Virus record (IMG/VR): IMGVR_UViG_3300009103_001660 | Location: 1-64,000 of that record | DNA from: a virus | Reading direction: 5' to 3' (one strand) | Length of the DNA stretch: 64,000 nt | Part shown: in pieces, positions 27,188-36,900 of the stretch | How positions within the stretch are numbered: the stretch's first letter is position 1 | Layout of the letters: each line of letters opens with the position of its first letter | Made by a program: the position numbers and the translations under genes | The notes under the pieces: generated by a model | What the model saw: only the letters and a program-made list of their open reading frames with translations | Database searches by the model: none | What the model was told of the DNA's origin: nothing

Positions 27188-27508
27188 ATGGATACAAAAG
27201 AAAAGCCTAAGAGGGGCCGACCCAAATCCACAGTTAGGTGGCCAAATGGAAAATTCACTTTCAGACAGTTAGTTTCTGAAAACTCTGCTTGTGATTCGCT
27301 TTTACGCAGAAGGGTAAGGGAAGCCGTTAGGACGGGTGAGGTTAGCAAAGTGTCTACCCAACAGACCGCCAAAACTGGACGACCAGAAACGGTATATAAT
27401 CTAGCCCCTAACGAGCAGGAGCGGGCAGTCAGTGAACCCAGACTAGAAGCGTGGACGCAACAATACCAGCAAGAAGAATCGACTGGGACGAATACGCCCT
27501 TAAGCTAG
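27188..27508 (+). CDS. Putative DNA-binding protein (AT-hook-like KRGRPK plus winged-helix-like region)
   Basis: KPKRGRPKS N-terminus, LRRRVREAVRTGEV helix, KTGRPETVY wing motif. Confidence 0.6.
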   Translation: MDTKEKPKRGRPKSTVRWPNGKFTFRQLVSENSACDSLLRRRVREAVRTGEVSKVSTQQTAKTGRPETVYNLAPNEQERAVSEPRLEAWTQQYQQEESTGTNTPLS

Positions 27509-27873
27509 CACTTGTCGCCTCGGAAAGAAGCGAAGACCCGTACGTAAAAGTCGGGGCTTGTCTTCTTCGACATGATAACTCTGTAGCTTCTTTGGGATAC
27601 AATGGCGCACCACCAAACATAGATATACACTGGTCGGACAGGGACGAAAGAAGGAGCAGGGTTGTACACGCAGAGGTAAATGCGCTTAGGTATATTAGCC
27701 CAAACGAGTGCAGGCTGCTTGCTTGCACACATATCCCGTGTAACGACTGTCTTAAAATGATTGCCTCTTATGGGATAAAAAAAATAGTATATAAAAATGA
27801 TTATGATAAAGACATGAGTTCGGTTAACCTGTCTCGTGAATTCGAAATAAGCCTAGTGAAATTATGGATGTAA
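27451..27873 (+). CDS. dCMP deaminase (ComEB-like)
   Basis: ERSEDPYVKVGAC, GYNGAP, HAEVNAL, PCNDC Zn ligands. Confidence 0.92.
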   Translation: MDATIPARRIDWDEYALKLALVASERSEDPYVKVGACLLRHDNSVASLGYNGAPPNIDIHWSDRDERRSRVVHAEVNALRYISPNECRLLACTHIPCNDCLKMIASYGIKKIVYKNDYDKDMSSVNLSREFEISLVKLWM

Positions 27874-28205
27874 TTTTAATATCGACAGTCGCAGCTACAG
27901 TATTGTTAGTATGGTTCCATAGTGAGGCGTTTATAGAATATGCTATTCTTTTTGGGGGTACAAAGTTTTTCTATATAGATGACTTTAAAGAGAAACAAAA
28001 AAAAGACCCCATGCTTGACTGGATAACTTATTTACAAATGAACCACGATAGCTTCTTTACTAGGCTTATTACATGCCAAATGTGCTTGGGGTTTTGGTTA
28101 ACACTTGGCATCTGTTTTTTTATGCATAATTTGATTTTATTGCCAATTTGCTATATTTTATCGTTGGTTATTTATAAATTAACAATTAAACTTTTAGAGT
28201 GGTAA
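27864..28205 (+). CDS. Small membrane protein (DUF1360-like CxxC)
   Basis: Hydrophobic termini and RLITCQMCLGFW. Confidence 0.55.
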   Translation: MDVILISTVAATVLLVWFHSEAFIEYAILFGGTKFFYIDDFKEKQKKDPMLDWITYLQMNHDSFFTRLITCQMCLGFWLTLGICFFMHNLILLPICYILSLVIYKLTIKLLEW

Positions 28206-29399
28206 ATGCATCTACTTGAATCATATTCTTTAAGCACAGGTCTTAAGATAGGGAAGCCTTGGATATACAAAAAGTTTTTCCCCCTTCCCTTTGACGAAAA
28301 ATACATAACACTTCAACCATTTAGCAAGGGTCCAGCAAAAAATTATAAATACTGGCAGGACGTTATAGACATAATTTTTAGACCGCTACAAGAGAATGGA
28401 ATAAGGATAGTCCAACTTGGACTGCCGAACGAACCTATAATTAACGGGTGCGTAGACCTAAGAGGGAGAACGTCGTTCAACCAACTATCATACCTTGTTG
28501 GGAACGCTGAAATGCATGTTGGGGCAGACAGTTGCTGTACCCACTTTGCGTCTGGGGAAAATAAAAAAATAGTCTCCCTGTACTCCATTATGCCTGATAA
28601 AAATTGTGGCCCATACTGGAGCGATAGAAGGGATGTGTGCTGCATAAACGCAAAAAGGAAGGCTAAGAAGAAGCCATCTTATAACTATTTAAGCGACGAT
28701 AATACTATCAATCAAATCAGCCCTGAGGACATATCAGAAAACATCTTTAAGCTTTTAGATATCTTTAACCCCTATCCGTTCAAAACCATATATACTGGCA
28801 ACCTCTATCAAGACAGAAGGGTACATCTAGTGCCATATGAGTTTGTAACAAACGTGGGAGAACTAGGGGTCGACTCACTCATAATTAGAATGGACTTAGA
28901 ATTTAACGAAGAGGTTCTCAAGAATCAACTTCAAATATCTCAATGCTCCATCATCACAGATAAAGAAATTGAAATAAGTCTCCTATCAGAAAACAAAAAA
29001 AATATAAAAGAATTTGTTTATCTAGTTTCAAAAGAGACAAACCCCGAATATTTTACAAAGCTGATTGAGGCGGGATGCAAGTTCCAACTCATGACAATGC
29101 TAGATGATAAAGATTTTAATGAAATTAAATTAGATTACCTAGACTTCGGGGCGATCCAGAAGTACCCCAAGTCAAGCAGGGCGGAGGTTGAGAAGCTCAT
29201 AAAACATAAAAATCTAAGTAATATCTTTTTCAAATCCACCACTCTTTATATAATACAGGGAAGTATATACGGATTTCCGCTCAGATCCTTAAACAATGTA
29301 CCACTACCTAATTTGGATTCGAATACCCCCGTAACGATAGTAGATCACCCCAAGTTTTGGGAAAACCTATCGCACATGACCTTACTAGAAAAAGCTTGA
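28206..29399 (+). CDS. Glycosyltransferase family 9-like (heptosyltransferase fold)
   Basis: AKNYKYW, IVQLG, DLRGRTSFNQLSYLV...HVGADSCCTHFA...IVSLY. Confidence 0.8.
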   Translation: MHLLESYSLSTGLKIGKPWIYKKFFPLPFDEKYITLQPFSKGPAKNYKYWQDVIDIIFRPLQENGIRIVQLGLPNEPIINGCVDLRGRTSFNQLSYLVGNAEMHVGADSCCTHFASGENKKIVSLYSIMPDKNCGPYWSDRRDVCCINAKRKAKKKPSYNYLSDDNTINQISPEDISENIFKLLDIFNPYPFKTIYTGNLYQDRRVHLVPYEFVTNVGELGVDSLIIRMDLEFNEEVLKNQLQISQCSIITDKEIEISLLSENKKNIKEFVYLVSKETNPEYFTKLIEAGCKFQLMTMLDDKDFNEIKLDYLDFGAIQKYPKSSRAEVEKLIKHKNLSNIFFKSTTLYIIQGSIYGFPLRSLNNVPLPNLDSNTPVTIVDHPKFWENLSHMTLLEKA

Positions 29400-29430
29400 T
29401 CAGTTTTTGGTATTATAATACCATAGAGAT

Positions 29431-30126
29431 ATGAAAAGAGCTAAAAGAGATAAGGACGGATTGCTTGACATAGAATATACGTACTCTGAAGACGGATCTA
29501 TCGATTGGCGAAAAATGATTAAACAGGAATTCCTTGTTCCGAACAAGGACAGAACATCAGAAACAGATGTTTCCCTGCTAAAAGACTCTGAGCTAATTAT
29601 CCTTTTGGCTGGTATCAAAGAACTAGCCCAAATTAGGGGATACACAGACGTACGATACGATGTATCTTCTCCGTCTCCAGATTATGTTGTTGTAACCTGC
29701 TCTATTACTTGGATTCCGAATTACGAAACGGAAGGGAGAGAGGTTACGTTTTCTTCAGTGGGGGATGCTTCACCTCACAACACAAAAAGTTTCGCCAAGT
29801 TTTTTCTGGGTCCCATTGCTGAAAACAGGGCCTTCGTGCGCTGTGTCCGTAACTTTCTTAAAATTAACATCGTCTCCCAAGAAGAGCTTGGGGAGAGTAA
29901 GCTCCTCAAGGAGGCGCCCAAAAATAAAGCGATCGATCCCAAATCTATGCTTTCAGACCTGATGTCGGAAAAGGGTATATCCTTTGAACAAATTAAAGCG
30001 AAACTGATTGCAGAAGGTTTTCCAAAAGCCAAAGATTTAACCTCATTGGACAAAATACCGAAACTTAAGTCTTTTGAAATAATCGAAAGGCTAAAGGCTT
30101 ATGATCCTACAAAGAAGCCCCGCTAA
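29431..30126 (+). CDS. Hypothetical protein, possible ssDNA-annealing protein
   Basis: GDASPHN...IAENRAFVRCVRNFL resembles the AxxRAxxRxxR helix of Rad52/ERF-like proteins; TATAAT 11 nt upstream. Function tentative. Confidence 0.45.
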   Translation: MKRAKRDKDGLLDIEYTYSEDGSIDWRKMIKQEFLVPNKDRTSETDVSLLKDSELIILLAGIKELAQIRGYTDVRYDVSSPSPDYVVVTCSITWIPNYETEGREVTFSSVGDASPHNTKSFAKFFLGPIAENRAFVRCVRNFLKINIVSQEELGESKLLKEAPKNKAIDPKSMLSDLMSEKGISFEQIKAKLIAEGFPKAKDLTSLDKIPKLKSFEIIERLKAYDPTKKPR

Positions 30127-31189
30127 CAACCAAAAATCCAGTATTTGATATGGCCTCATTGCCGCGCCCATATATCCTTATGGGTGCCCAATAGTTTTCT
30201 GGGGCAGACTTAGGGATTATTCCAGTTAAAGCGGTGGGGCTATAATCACCAGATATCTTCATTTTAAAATCGCCCAAGTAGACAGAGTCAACTTCTACAA
30301 AATTAGTTCCAGTTATTCCCACCGTAGAGGGAACAGCGCCAGTTGCGGGGGGATAATATCTATTTCCGCTAACGGGCCAAATATTTGTAATGGTCATTTT
30401 CTCCGCGTCTACAGTCCCCAAGTTTGCTTGAGCTATATTAACTTCATTATGTATTCTCGACCCAGCGTTAACCCTAGCCTTTTTTGAGATTAGTCTTCCG
30501 TTGATAACGTAAGATTGTTTTTCTGTTTGGTTTTTATCATTTAATTTAATTTTAAACTGCTCTGCTGCCCCAGTAACGGGAAGTTCTAAATCGTGCTTTG
30601 TTATTGAGGCAAAGCTGTCTATCTTTTTGGGGCCAAAGCTTACTCTATGAACTATTTTGTTTTTGTGATTCGGCGTATAATCTACTACATAGACTGGATC
30701 TACTCTAGCATTATAATTATATCCCAAGCTGATGACTTCGTCCTCAGAAATATATGCGTTATTTGATAGCCTAATATCCCCCGCTCTTAAAAAGTCCGTT
30801 TGTTCCAGAGAAGAAGAGCTTGGTTCAAAATTGTTTTCTATCTTTTCAAAAAAAGCAAGGCTGGCACCTATTCTTAAATACGAATTGGGCGATATATCCA
30901 ACTTATAACTCGTTAAATATCCAGAGTTAAAAGTGTATCCCCCCAGAAAAAACTTGATGGGTAATGTATGATTATTTACATTATTTACGAGAGGATCTAC
31001 GCCTGTTAAGTAATAATTAAAAGAAACACTTCCAACGGGCGCGGCGGAGGGATTATATTCATGAGAATAAATTGTTTTGATATTATATGGGCTCGTTATT
31101 TCGGTTCCATAGCCTATATCCATATCTGAGCAATAGAGCTCCTGCCCATTTATCTGTATCTTTACATCCTTATATGAATAACTTATCAT
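30107..31189 (-). CDS. Tail-associated structural protein (tube-like repeats plus C-terminal IPT/TIG-like domain)
   Basis: GSVSFNYYL and GYLTSYKLDI beta strands; C-terminal ITNIWP...VGITGTNF..VDSVYLG...LTGIIP (IPT/TIG-like). Confidence 0.55.
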   Translation of the reverse strand: MISYSYKDVKIQINGQELYCSDMDIGYGTEITSPYNIKTIYSHEYNPSAAPVGSVSFNYYLTGVDPLVNNVNNHTLPIKFFLGGYTFNSGYLTSYKLDISPNSYLRIGASLAFFEKIENNFEPSSSSLEQTDFLRAGDIRLSNNAYISEDEVISLGYNYNARVDPVYVVDYTPNHKNKIVHRVSFGPKKIDSFASITKHDLELPVTGAAEQFKIKLNDKNQTEKQSYVINGRLISKKARVNAGSRIHNEVNIAQANLGTVDAEKMTITNIWPVSGNRYYPPATGAVPSTVGITGTNFVEVDSVYLGDFKMKISGDYSPTALTGIIPKSAPENYWAPIRIYGRGNEAISNTGFLVVSGASL

Positions 31190-31219
31190 TTTACCTTATA
31201 CCCCAAAAAATCTATAATA

Positions 31220-31242
31220 ATTTACACTATTTTAGTGTAAAT
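31220..31242. promoter_or_regulatory. Palindromic back-to-back AGTGTAAAT motifs driving divergent tail genes
   Basis: ATTTACACT-ATTTT-AGTGTAAAT, a perfect 9-bp inverted repeat between ATG 31189 (-) and ATG 31262 (+). Confidence 0.7.
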
Positions 31243-31261
31243 AGATACAGGTAAAAGGTAT

Positions 31262-31777
31262 ATGGCTTCTATTTATAACATAAACGGCTGGGACGACAGC
31301 GGGAATACAACCTATTCAGTAAATGATATTGTAGTCCACAACGCTAAATTCTATTACTGTATTCAATATCACGAGGATAAAAAGGAGCCCAGTGTTGGGT
31401 CTACGTATTGGGGCGGAACCACCACAACCAATAATGGCGAAGAGGCGAATTTTATATGGACGCCCTCATACTCCGTCAACGCCAGACAACAACCCTCCGT
31501 AGTTTCTATCAAATTTGGGGGCGGCTACGAACAAAGATTAAAAGAGGGGATTAATAATAACCTTATATCTGTAGAGTCTAAGTTTGAAGCTAGGTCGGCG
31601 ACAGAAACCGCAGCGATAGTTCACTTCCTTACAGATAAGGAGGGATACAGGGGTTTTTGGTTTATGACTCCTCCCCCCTTCGGAGTAATGAAAAAATTTG
31701 TTTGCAAAGATTGGGCTACAAATCAAACTTTTGATGACAATTACACTATATCTGTTACCTTTTTAGAAATACCATAA
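31262..31777 (+). CDS. Minor tail protein M-like (distal tail) with N-terminal carbohydrate-binding-like module
   Basis: VVSIKFGGGYEQRLKEGINN...FL...G...F...PP (lambda gpM pattern); N-terminal W...YSVNDIV....YYC...H...P....YW. Confidence 0.8.
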   Translation: MASIYNINGWDDSGNTTYSVNDIVVHNAKFYYCIQYHEDKKEPSVGSTYWGGTTTTNNGEEANFIWTPSYSVNARQQPSVVSIKFGGGYEQRLKEGINNNLISVESKFEARSATETAAIVHFLTDKEGYRGFWFMTPPPFGVMKKFVCKDWATNQTFDDNYTISVTFLEIP

Positions 31778-31787
31778 TAATGTAGAC

Positions 31788-33008
31788 ATGGCAGATTATA
31801 CAAATGACCCGCAAACGATCGCTAATGCTAAAGATAACTTTTCAAAAATTAGCAAAGAGATCTCCTTACTTGAACCGAACTCGATAGTCGAACTATACGA
31901 AATAGACTGTACCGATATCCTTCAAAACTTTAGTTTAGATATCAACTTTTCCATGACCCCAAGCATTTTAAGGTTTCATAACATGCAGGTGTTCAGGGGG
32001 GTTTCTATAGTTTTCGGAGCAAACACTCCCGCCCCGAACGTATACTACTCCCTGCCTATTATGACTGAGGGGTTTGAGATAAGCGCGCAGGGGGATATAC
32101 CCCGACCTCTTTTAACCCTTTCTTCGGTAAACGCCATAAACGAAGCATCAATCGAACATCCAAGCGTGGGAGCTTTTCATAACCTCAAAACGGCCATATT
32201 GAATCTCAACAATCTAATAGATGCAAAGGTCACCAGAATCAAAACTCTTTTTAAGTATCTACATAAGACCAATAGTTTTCCAAATATAGACAGCGCACAC
32301 CTATGGAATTCCGATACCAAGAGACCACCAGAACTAACAAGAGAGGTCTACTATGTCCAAAGAAAAACCATGGAAGATAGAACCACAATTCAATTTGAGC
32401 TTTCTTCAGTTTTGGATATAGAAAACTACCTACTCCCAGGCAGACTTTGCCTAGCGTCCAGATGTCCTTTCGTATATAGAGGAGAAGGCTGCTGTTATGA
32501 ATACAAAGCAACCACGAGTCCAGAAATAGCTGAACAAAAAGAAACTTTTAGTGATGACGCTCAACCGAGAATGCCAGATAAAGCTCCAGCTATAGCTACA
32601 GACGACGACGTACCTATGACCGAAAAAGTAGGAGACATAACTAGAGGGAGTACAAACCTAAGCGGGTACTCCACCTCAAACACCCCGACGGAATACAATA
32701 AAACATCCACATATGCTAGGGGAGCAGTGGTTTATCTAAAAAAAGATGGCATAAAATACTATTTTGTATCAAAGGGCGGGGAGGACGCAAGTGTTGGTGG
32801 GACAAACGCATACCACACACCAGCAGGAGCAATGCCCCCAGACTCCAAATATTGGGAAATGGATAGGTGCTCAAAAAGCGTTGAGGGGTGTAAACTTAGA
32901 TGGGGAACCTCTGGTGGAGCTTCTTGGCCGACAAGTAAAGCTAAATTTGCAGATGGATATCTCAGATTCGGCGGTTTCCCATCGCTAAATGAGAAAAACG
33001 CACAATGA
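31788..33008 (+). CDS. Minor tail protein L-like
   Basis: VELYEID, EGFEISAQG..PRP, FELSSVLD, LPGR, CPFVYRGEGC, DRCSKSVEGCKLRW, FGGFPS (gpL Cys cluster). Confidence 0.88.
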   Translation: MADYTNDPQTIANAKDNFSKISKEISLLEPNSIVELYEIDCTDILQNFSLDINFSMTPSILRFHNMQVFRGVSIVFGANTPAPNVYYSLPIMTEGFEISAQGDIPRPLLTLSSVNAINEASIEHPSVGAFHNLKTAILNLNNLIDAKVTRIKTLFKYLHKTNSFPNIDSAHLWNSDTKRPPELTREVYYVQRKTMEDRTTIQFELSSVLDIENYLLPGRLCLASRCPFVYRGEGCCYEYKATTSPEIAEQKETFSDDAQPRMPDKAPAIATDDDVPMTEKVGDITRGSTNLSGYSTSNTPTEYNKTSTYARGAVVYLKKDGIKYYFVSKGGEDASVGGTNAYHTPAGAMPPDSKYWEMDRCSKSVEGCKLRWGTSGGASWPTSKAKFADGYLRFGGFPSLNEKNAQ

Positions 33009-33340
33009 CATTGACTAAAAAAATAAAAAAAAATATAAAACAACATTCCGCGGACGAATATCCCGATGAGTGTTGTGGGATTATTTTAGTAAATGAAAAA
33101 GAATTATGTGACTCACACAGGTGTAAAAATGTTTCAATTAACAAAAGAAATAATTTCGAAATAGACGCTAAGTCTTACCTAGATGCGTCAAGAAAAGGAA
33201 AGATAATAGGATATTATCACTCACACCCAAACGAAAATAGTGATTTTTCAGACCTAGACAAAGCAGTTAGTAAAGCTCACGGGTTACCCCTAGTGATGTA
33301 TTTCCTAAAAGAAGACAAATTTTATATACATAAATCATGA
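33005..33340 (+). CDS. Tail assembly protein K-like (JAB/Mov34 metalloprotease)
   Basis: YPDECCG, YHSHP...FSDLD; no NlpC/P60 domain. Confidence 0.85.
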   Translation: MTLTKKIKKNIKQHSADEYPDECCGIILVNEKELCDSHRCKNVSINKRNNFEIDAKSYLDASRKGKIIGYYHSHPNENSDFSDLDKAVSKAHGLPLVMYFLKEDKFYIHKS

Positions 33341-33993
33341 ATGAATCTTTAGTAAAAATTAATTTTCACGGAAACCTAGCCGAAGCAGTAGGCAAAAATA
33401 AATGGGAAGTGTCTGTATCTAGCTTTCCAGAGGCCATGCATGCCATTAACACATTGTCAGAAAACAGGCTGAGAGAATATTTCCTTAGTCCCAAAAGTCT
33501 TCACGGAAGATATAAGGTATTCGTTAACGAAAAGGAGATCCCCTTCGAGGGAAACCTAGAAACGAGTGAATTGAATCTGAAAAGAGAAGACCTATCTTCG
33601 ATAGAGATAGTGCCAGTGCTTGAAGGGGCAGACGATGGCTGGATAGATTGGCTTGGAATAGGCCTTGGAATTATAGGCCTTGGGTTTGCTACAAGTACGA
33701 TGTCGGCCATGGCGATGTTGAGTTTAATCACGGCAGGAATTTCCAATCTATTATCGGATCCTCCAGGTAGACCCCCATCCGAACAAATTTCCCTCGAGCC
33801 AGACCAGCTAGCAAATTCATATCTATTCCAAGGTCCAGTAAACGTTATAAACGAGGGAAGTCCTGTCCCGATTGGATATGGAAGAATGTTATGCGGGAGC
33901 ATGGTTGTTCTAAGTACGTATGATATAACATATACCGACGTGGAAACAGTAGGAACAAGAGATATAGTTAAAACAGTAAATGTAGACGCTTAA
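33337..33993 (+). CDS. Tail assembly protein I-like
   Basis: INFHGNL..AVG, EAMHAI, IVPVLEGA, SYLFQGPVN...GSPVPIGYGRMLCGS. Confidence 0.85.
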   Translation: MNESLVKINFHGNLAEAVGKNKWEVSVSSFPEAMHAINTLSENRLREYFLSPKSLHGRYKVFVNEKEIPFEGNLETSELNLKREDLSSIEIVPVLEGADDGWIDWLGIGLGIIGLGFATSTMSAMAMLSLITAGISNLLSDPPGRPPSEQISLEPDQLANSYLFQGPVNVINEGSPVPIGYGRMLCGSMVVLSTYDITYTDVETVGTRDIVKTVNVDA

Positions 33994-33999
33994 AAATAA

Positions 34000-36900
34000 A
34001 TGCCACCATCAATAATATCTAGCTCTAATGAAGGAGTGCCAGAGTCAGAGGCTAAACAGTCTTTGTTTTTTGGCTCACTCCCCAGTAAAGATATTACCTA
34101 TTTTCAAACCTATGACGCAGACATCGATTTAACCACGGAAGACGCGCCTGAAGATTATGGTCTGCTAATAGATGGGAAATATTGGACCGCTAGAAATCAT
34201 ATTAAAATTTTAGACCTCATTACCGAGGGAGAAGTTCAGGGTATCGTAAGTGGCGAATATTCCCCAAGCGGAATGGTGGAGGGCGCAGTAGGATATTCTG
34301 GATATAAATTCGAACCATATATAACATCATCCGATACTGAGCCTTTTTTAAGGTCTGTTTATCTAAATGAAGTTCCAGTTGTTAACTCCAACGGACAATT
34401 TAATTTTCAAGAATTTGAGGGCGGATACTTTGAAGGAAACCCTATTGGCCTCTTGCCAGAATCTGGTAACCTAAAGCTCGATTCTGGATTTCTTAGTATA
34501 GGCGTTGACGACACGACAGAAAGAAAAGCTCAAAAAGTCAGAGGCATAAATGAAAGGCTAAGGGGCCCAGACAGGGGTTCATCAGAATCCTATTATCTAC
34601 CCAAAGTTTATAGGGTTTTAAATAAAGACCTCGACAGCGTTAATGTAAACGTAAAAATACCCAACCTATCATACTATAGAGTAAACACAAAAACGGTCAC
34701 CCGAACAGTAACAGAGGACGGCGAAGAAATACAAAAAGGCTTTGCCACAGATCAGCACGGAGAAGTAGTCAGGTCGGAAATTCTCCAAATTCCTCTAGCA
34801 ACGACAGTAAATGTACAATTTTTATCTAGACCAGTTTATGAAAACTCAGTAGAACAAGCGTGGAGAGACGCGGGAAGCAACAGTATAAAGGGGTTAATAA
34901 CCAGCCCGACCATCTGGAAAAAGAATATACCCGTATTTTTAACTGGGGGACAAACCCCCAGTGGTTTGATTGGTTGGGATATCGGGGTAGTCCGAGCAAC
35001 CGAAGACTCCAGACACAGCTACGCCACAAACCAAACATTTATCGATAGTATAGTCGAACTATCAAAATCGTCTTTTTCATACCCGAACTCTTCATTGGTT
35101 GCGCTCAATTTTAATGCGGAATATTTCTCATCCATACCCACCAGAGCATACGACATGGAACTACAAAAAGTACAAGTTCCCGTCGGGTATGATACAAGAA
35201 CGAAACAGCACGCAGAAGTATGGGATGGAACCTTCCAATCAGAAAAAAAATGGACAGATAATCCAGCTTGGATTTTTTATGATCTTATTACGAACAAGAG
35301 ATATGGCCTAGGCAAATTCGCCAGACACGTAACTATAGATAAATGGACGCTTTGGGAATTATCCAAATACTGCGATACTATGGTACGAGACGGGAAAGGC
35401 GGGCTTGAGCCAAGATTTACATGTAATGTGCTAATCAATACAAGAGAAGACGCATTTAAAGTTCTAAAAGATTTCGCGAGTATTTTTAGGTCAATAATTT
35501 ATTACGGATTTAATAACCTAAATATTACGACAGACAAACCAAAGAACCCAATTTATCTTTTTACGAACTCAAACGTAAAAGACGGAAATTTTAAATACGT
35601 TACCAACGCCCTTCAGTCCCTACCTACTGTAGCAGTTGTAAGATATAACGACAAAACAAACTTCTACAAACCATCTTTAGAATACGTAGAGGACGTTGAT
35701 GCTATCAGAAAGTATGGCATAACCGAAAGGGAGGTAAGTGCTTTTGGTTGTACAAGCAAGTCTGAGGCCGTAAGGGTGGGCAGGTGGATATTATCCACGG
35801 AAAATACCCAAACAGAGATGGTACAATTTACTTCTGGCCCAGAGTCCCTTCTTTTAAGGCCAGGAGATGTCATAAGAGTTACTGATAAACACAGAGCTTC
35901 GGTAAGTGGTTATTTTGAAGGGAGAATCAAAAATAAAAATACAATAGCGAATGGTTGGATAACCCTAGATAAAGACCTACCGCTAACTAGTAACACAAAT
36001 TATTATCTAACAATTAATACACCAACCTATTTCTATGATAATTCCATAACTAATGTTACGGGCTCTAAAGATGCAACTGCGCTGTACTCAAATCATACCA
36101 GTGGAATATCTTTCAACTCAAATAACACAACTAGGGATATTATTGGAACTGGGATAAGTGGCGCACTTTATGGAACAAGAATCTCTGGAAATTTCTTTAC
36201 AAACACTTACGCAAATATACCACCCGAAACTACTTGGAGTGTTATAAAAAATACAACCACAGAACATTCATCCAACTTATATCAAATAACCTCCATAACA
36301 GAATCAGATTCCTACACCTACTCCATGGAGGCTCTTTTGTATAACTCTGGAAAATATGATTTCATTGAAAAGGGTCTTAGGGTTGCCGCCCCACCATCAA
36401 TTCATAGCTCCGTTGCTGCTCCGCCAGGGCCACAATCAATATCTGCCTCTATAGGCAGTGTGGCAGGAACAATTGGAACACAGCAAATAACAATCAAAGT
36501 TAACCCACCAGGATCTGCCACAGCATCAGACGTTGGAACTACAGTTGGGTATAAAATTTTTATAAAAGGCATCACCAACACCAGTGCCTGCGATGACTCA
36601 GCGAATTTAGACGCTTATGATTTTGCTGAAGAAGATTTAGTCAGCGGAGTCCCGAAAGAAGAATTTGAAGCTGGAGTTCTTTTTCCATCGGTTACATCAA
36701 ATGGTTTTGCGGTAGATGGAAACGGAGACTTAACAATTACATTTAACTACATACCAGACACAAACAAAAGGGTTTATGTAATAAGAGTATATGCGGTAAA
36801 TTCCGTTGGGATAGTGTCCGCAAACTACGGTAAAGAGGAGAGGTGTGTAACGCAACACTACCCAGTAAAAGACGTAAAAATCTATGGCTTGAGAACAACC

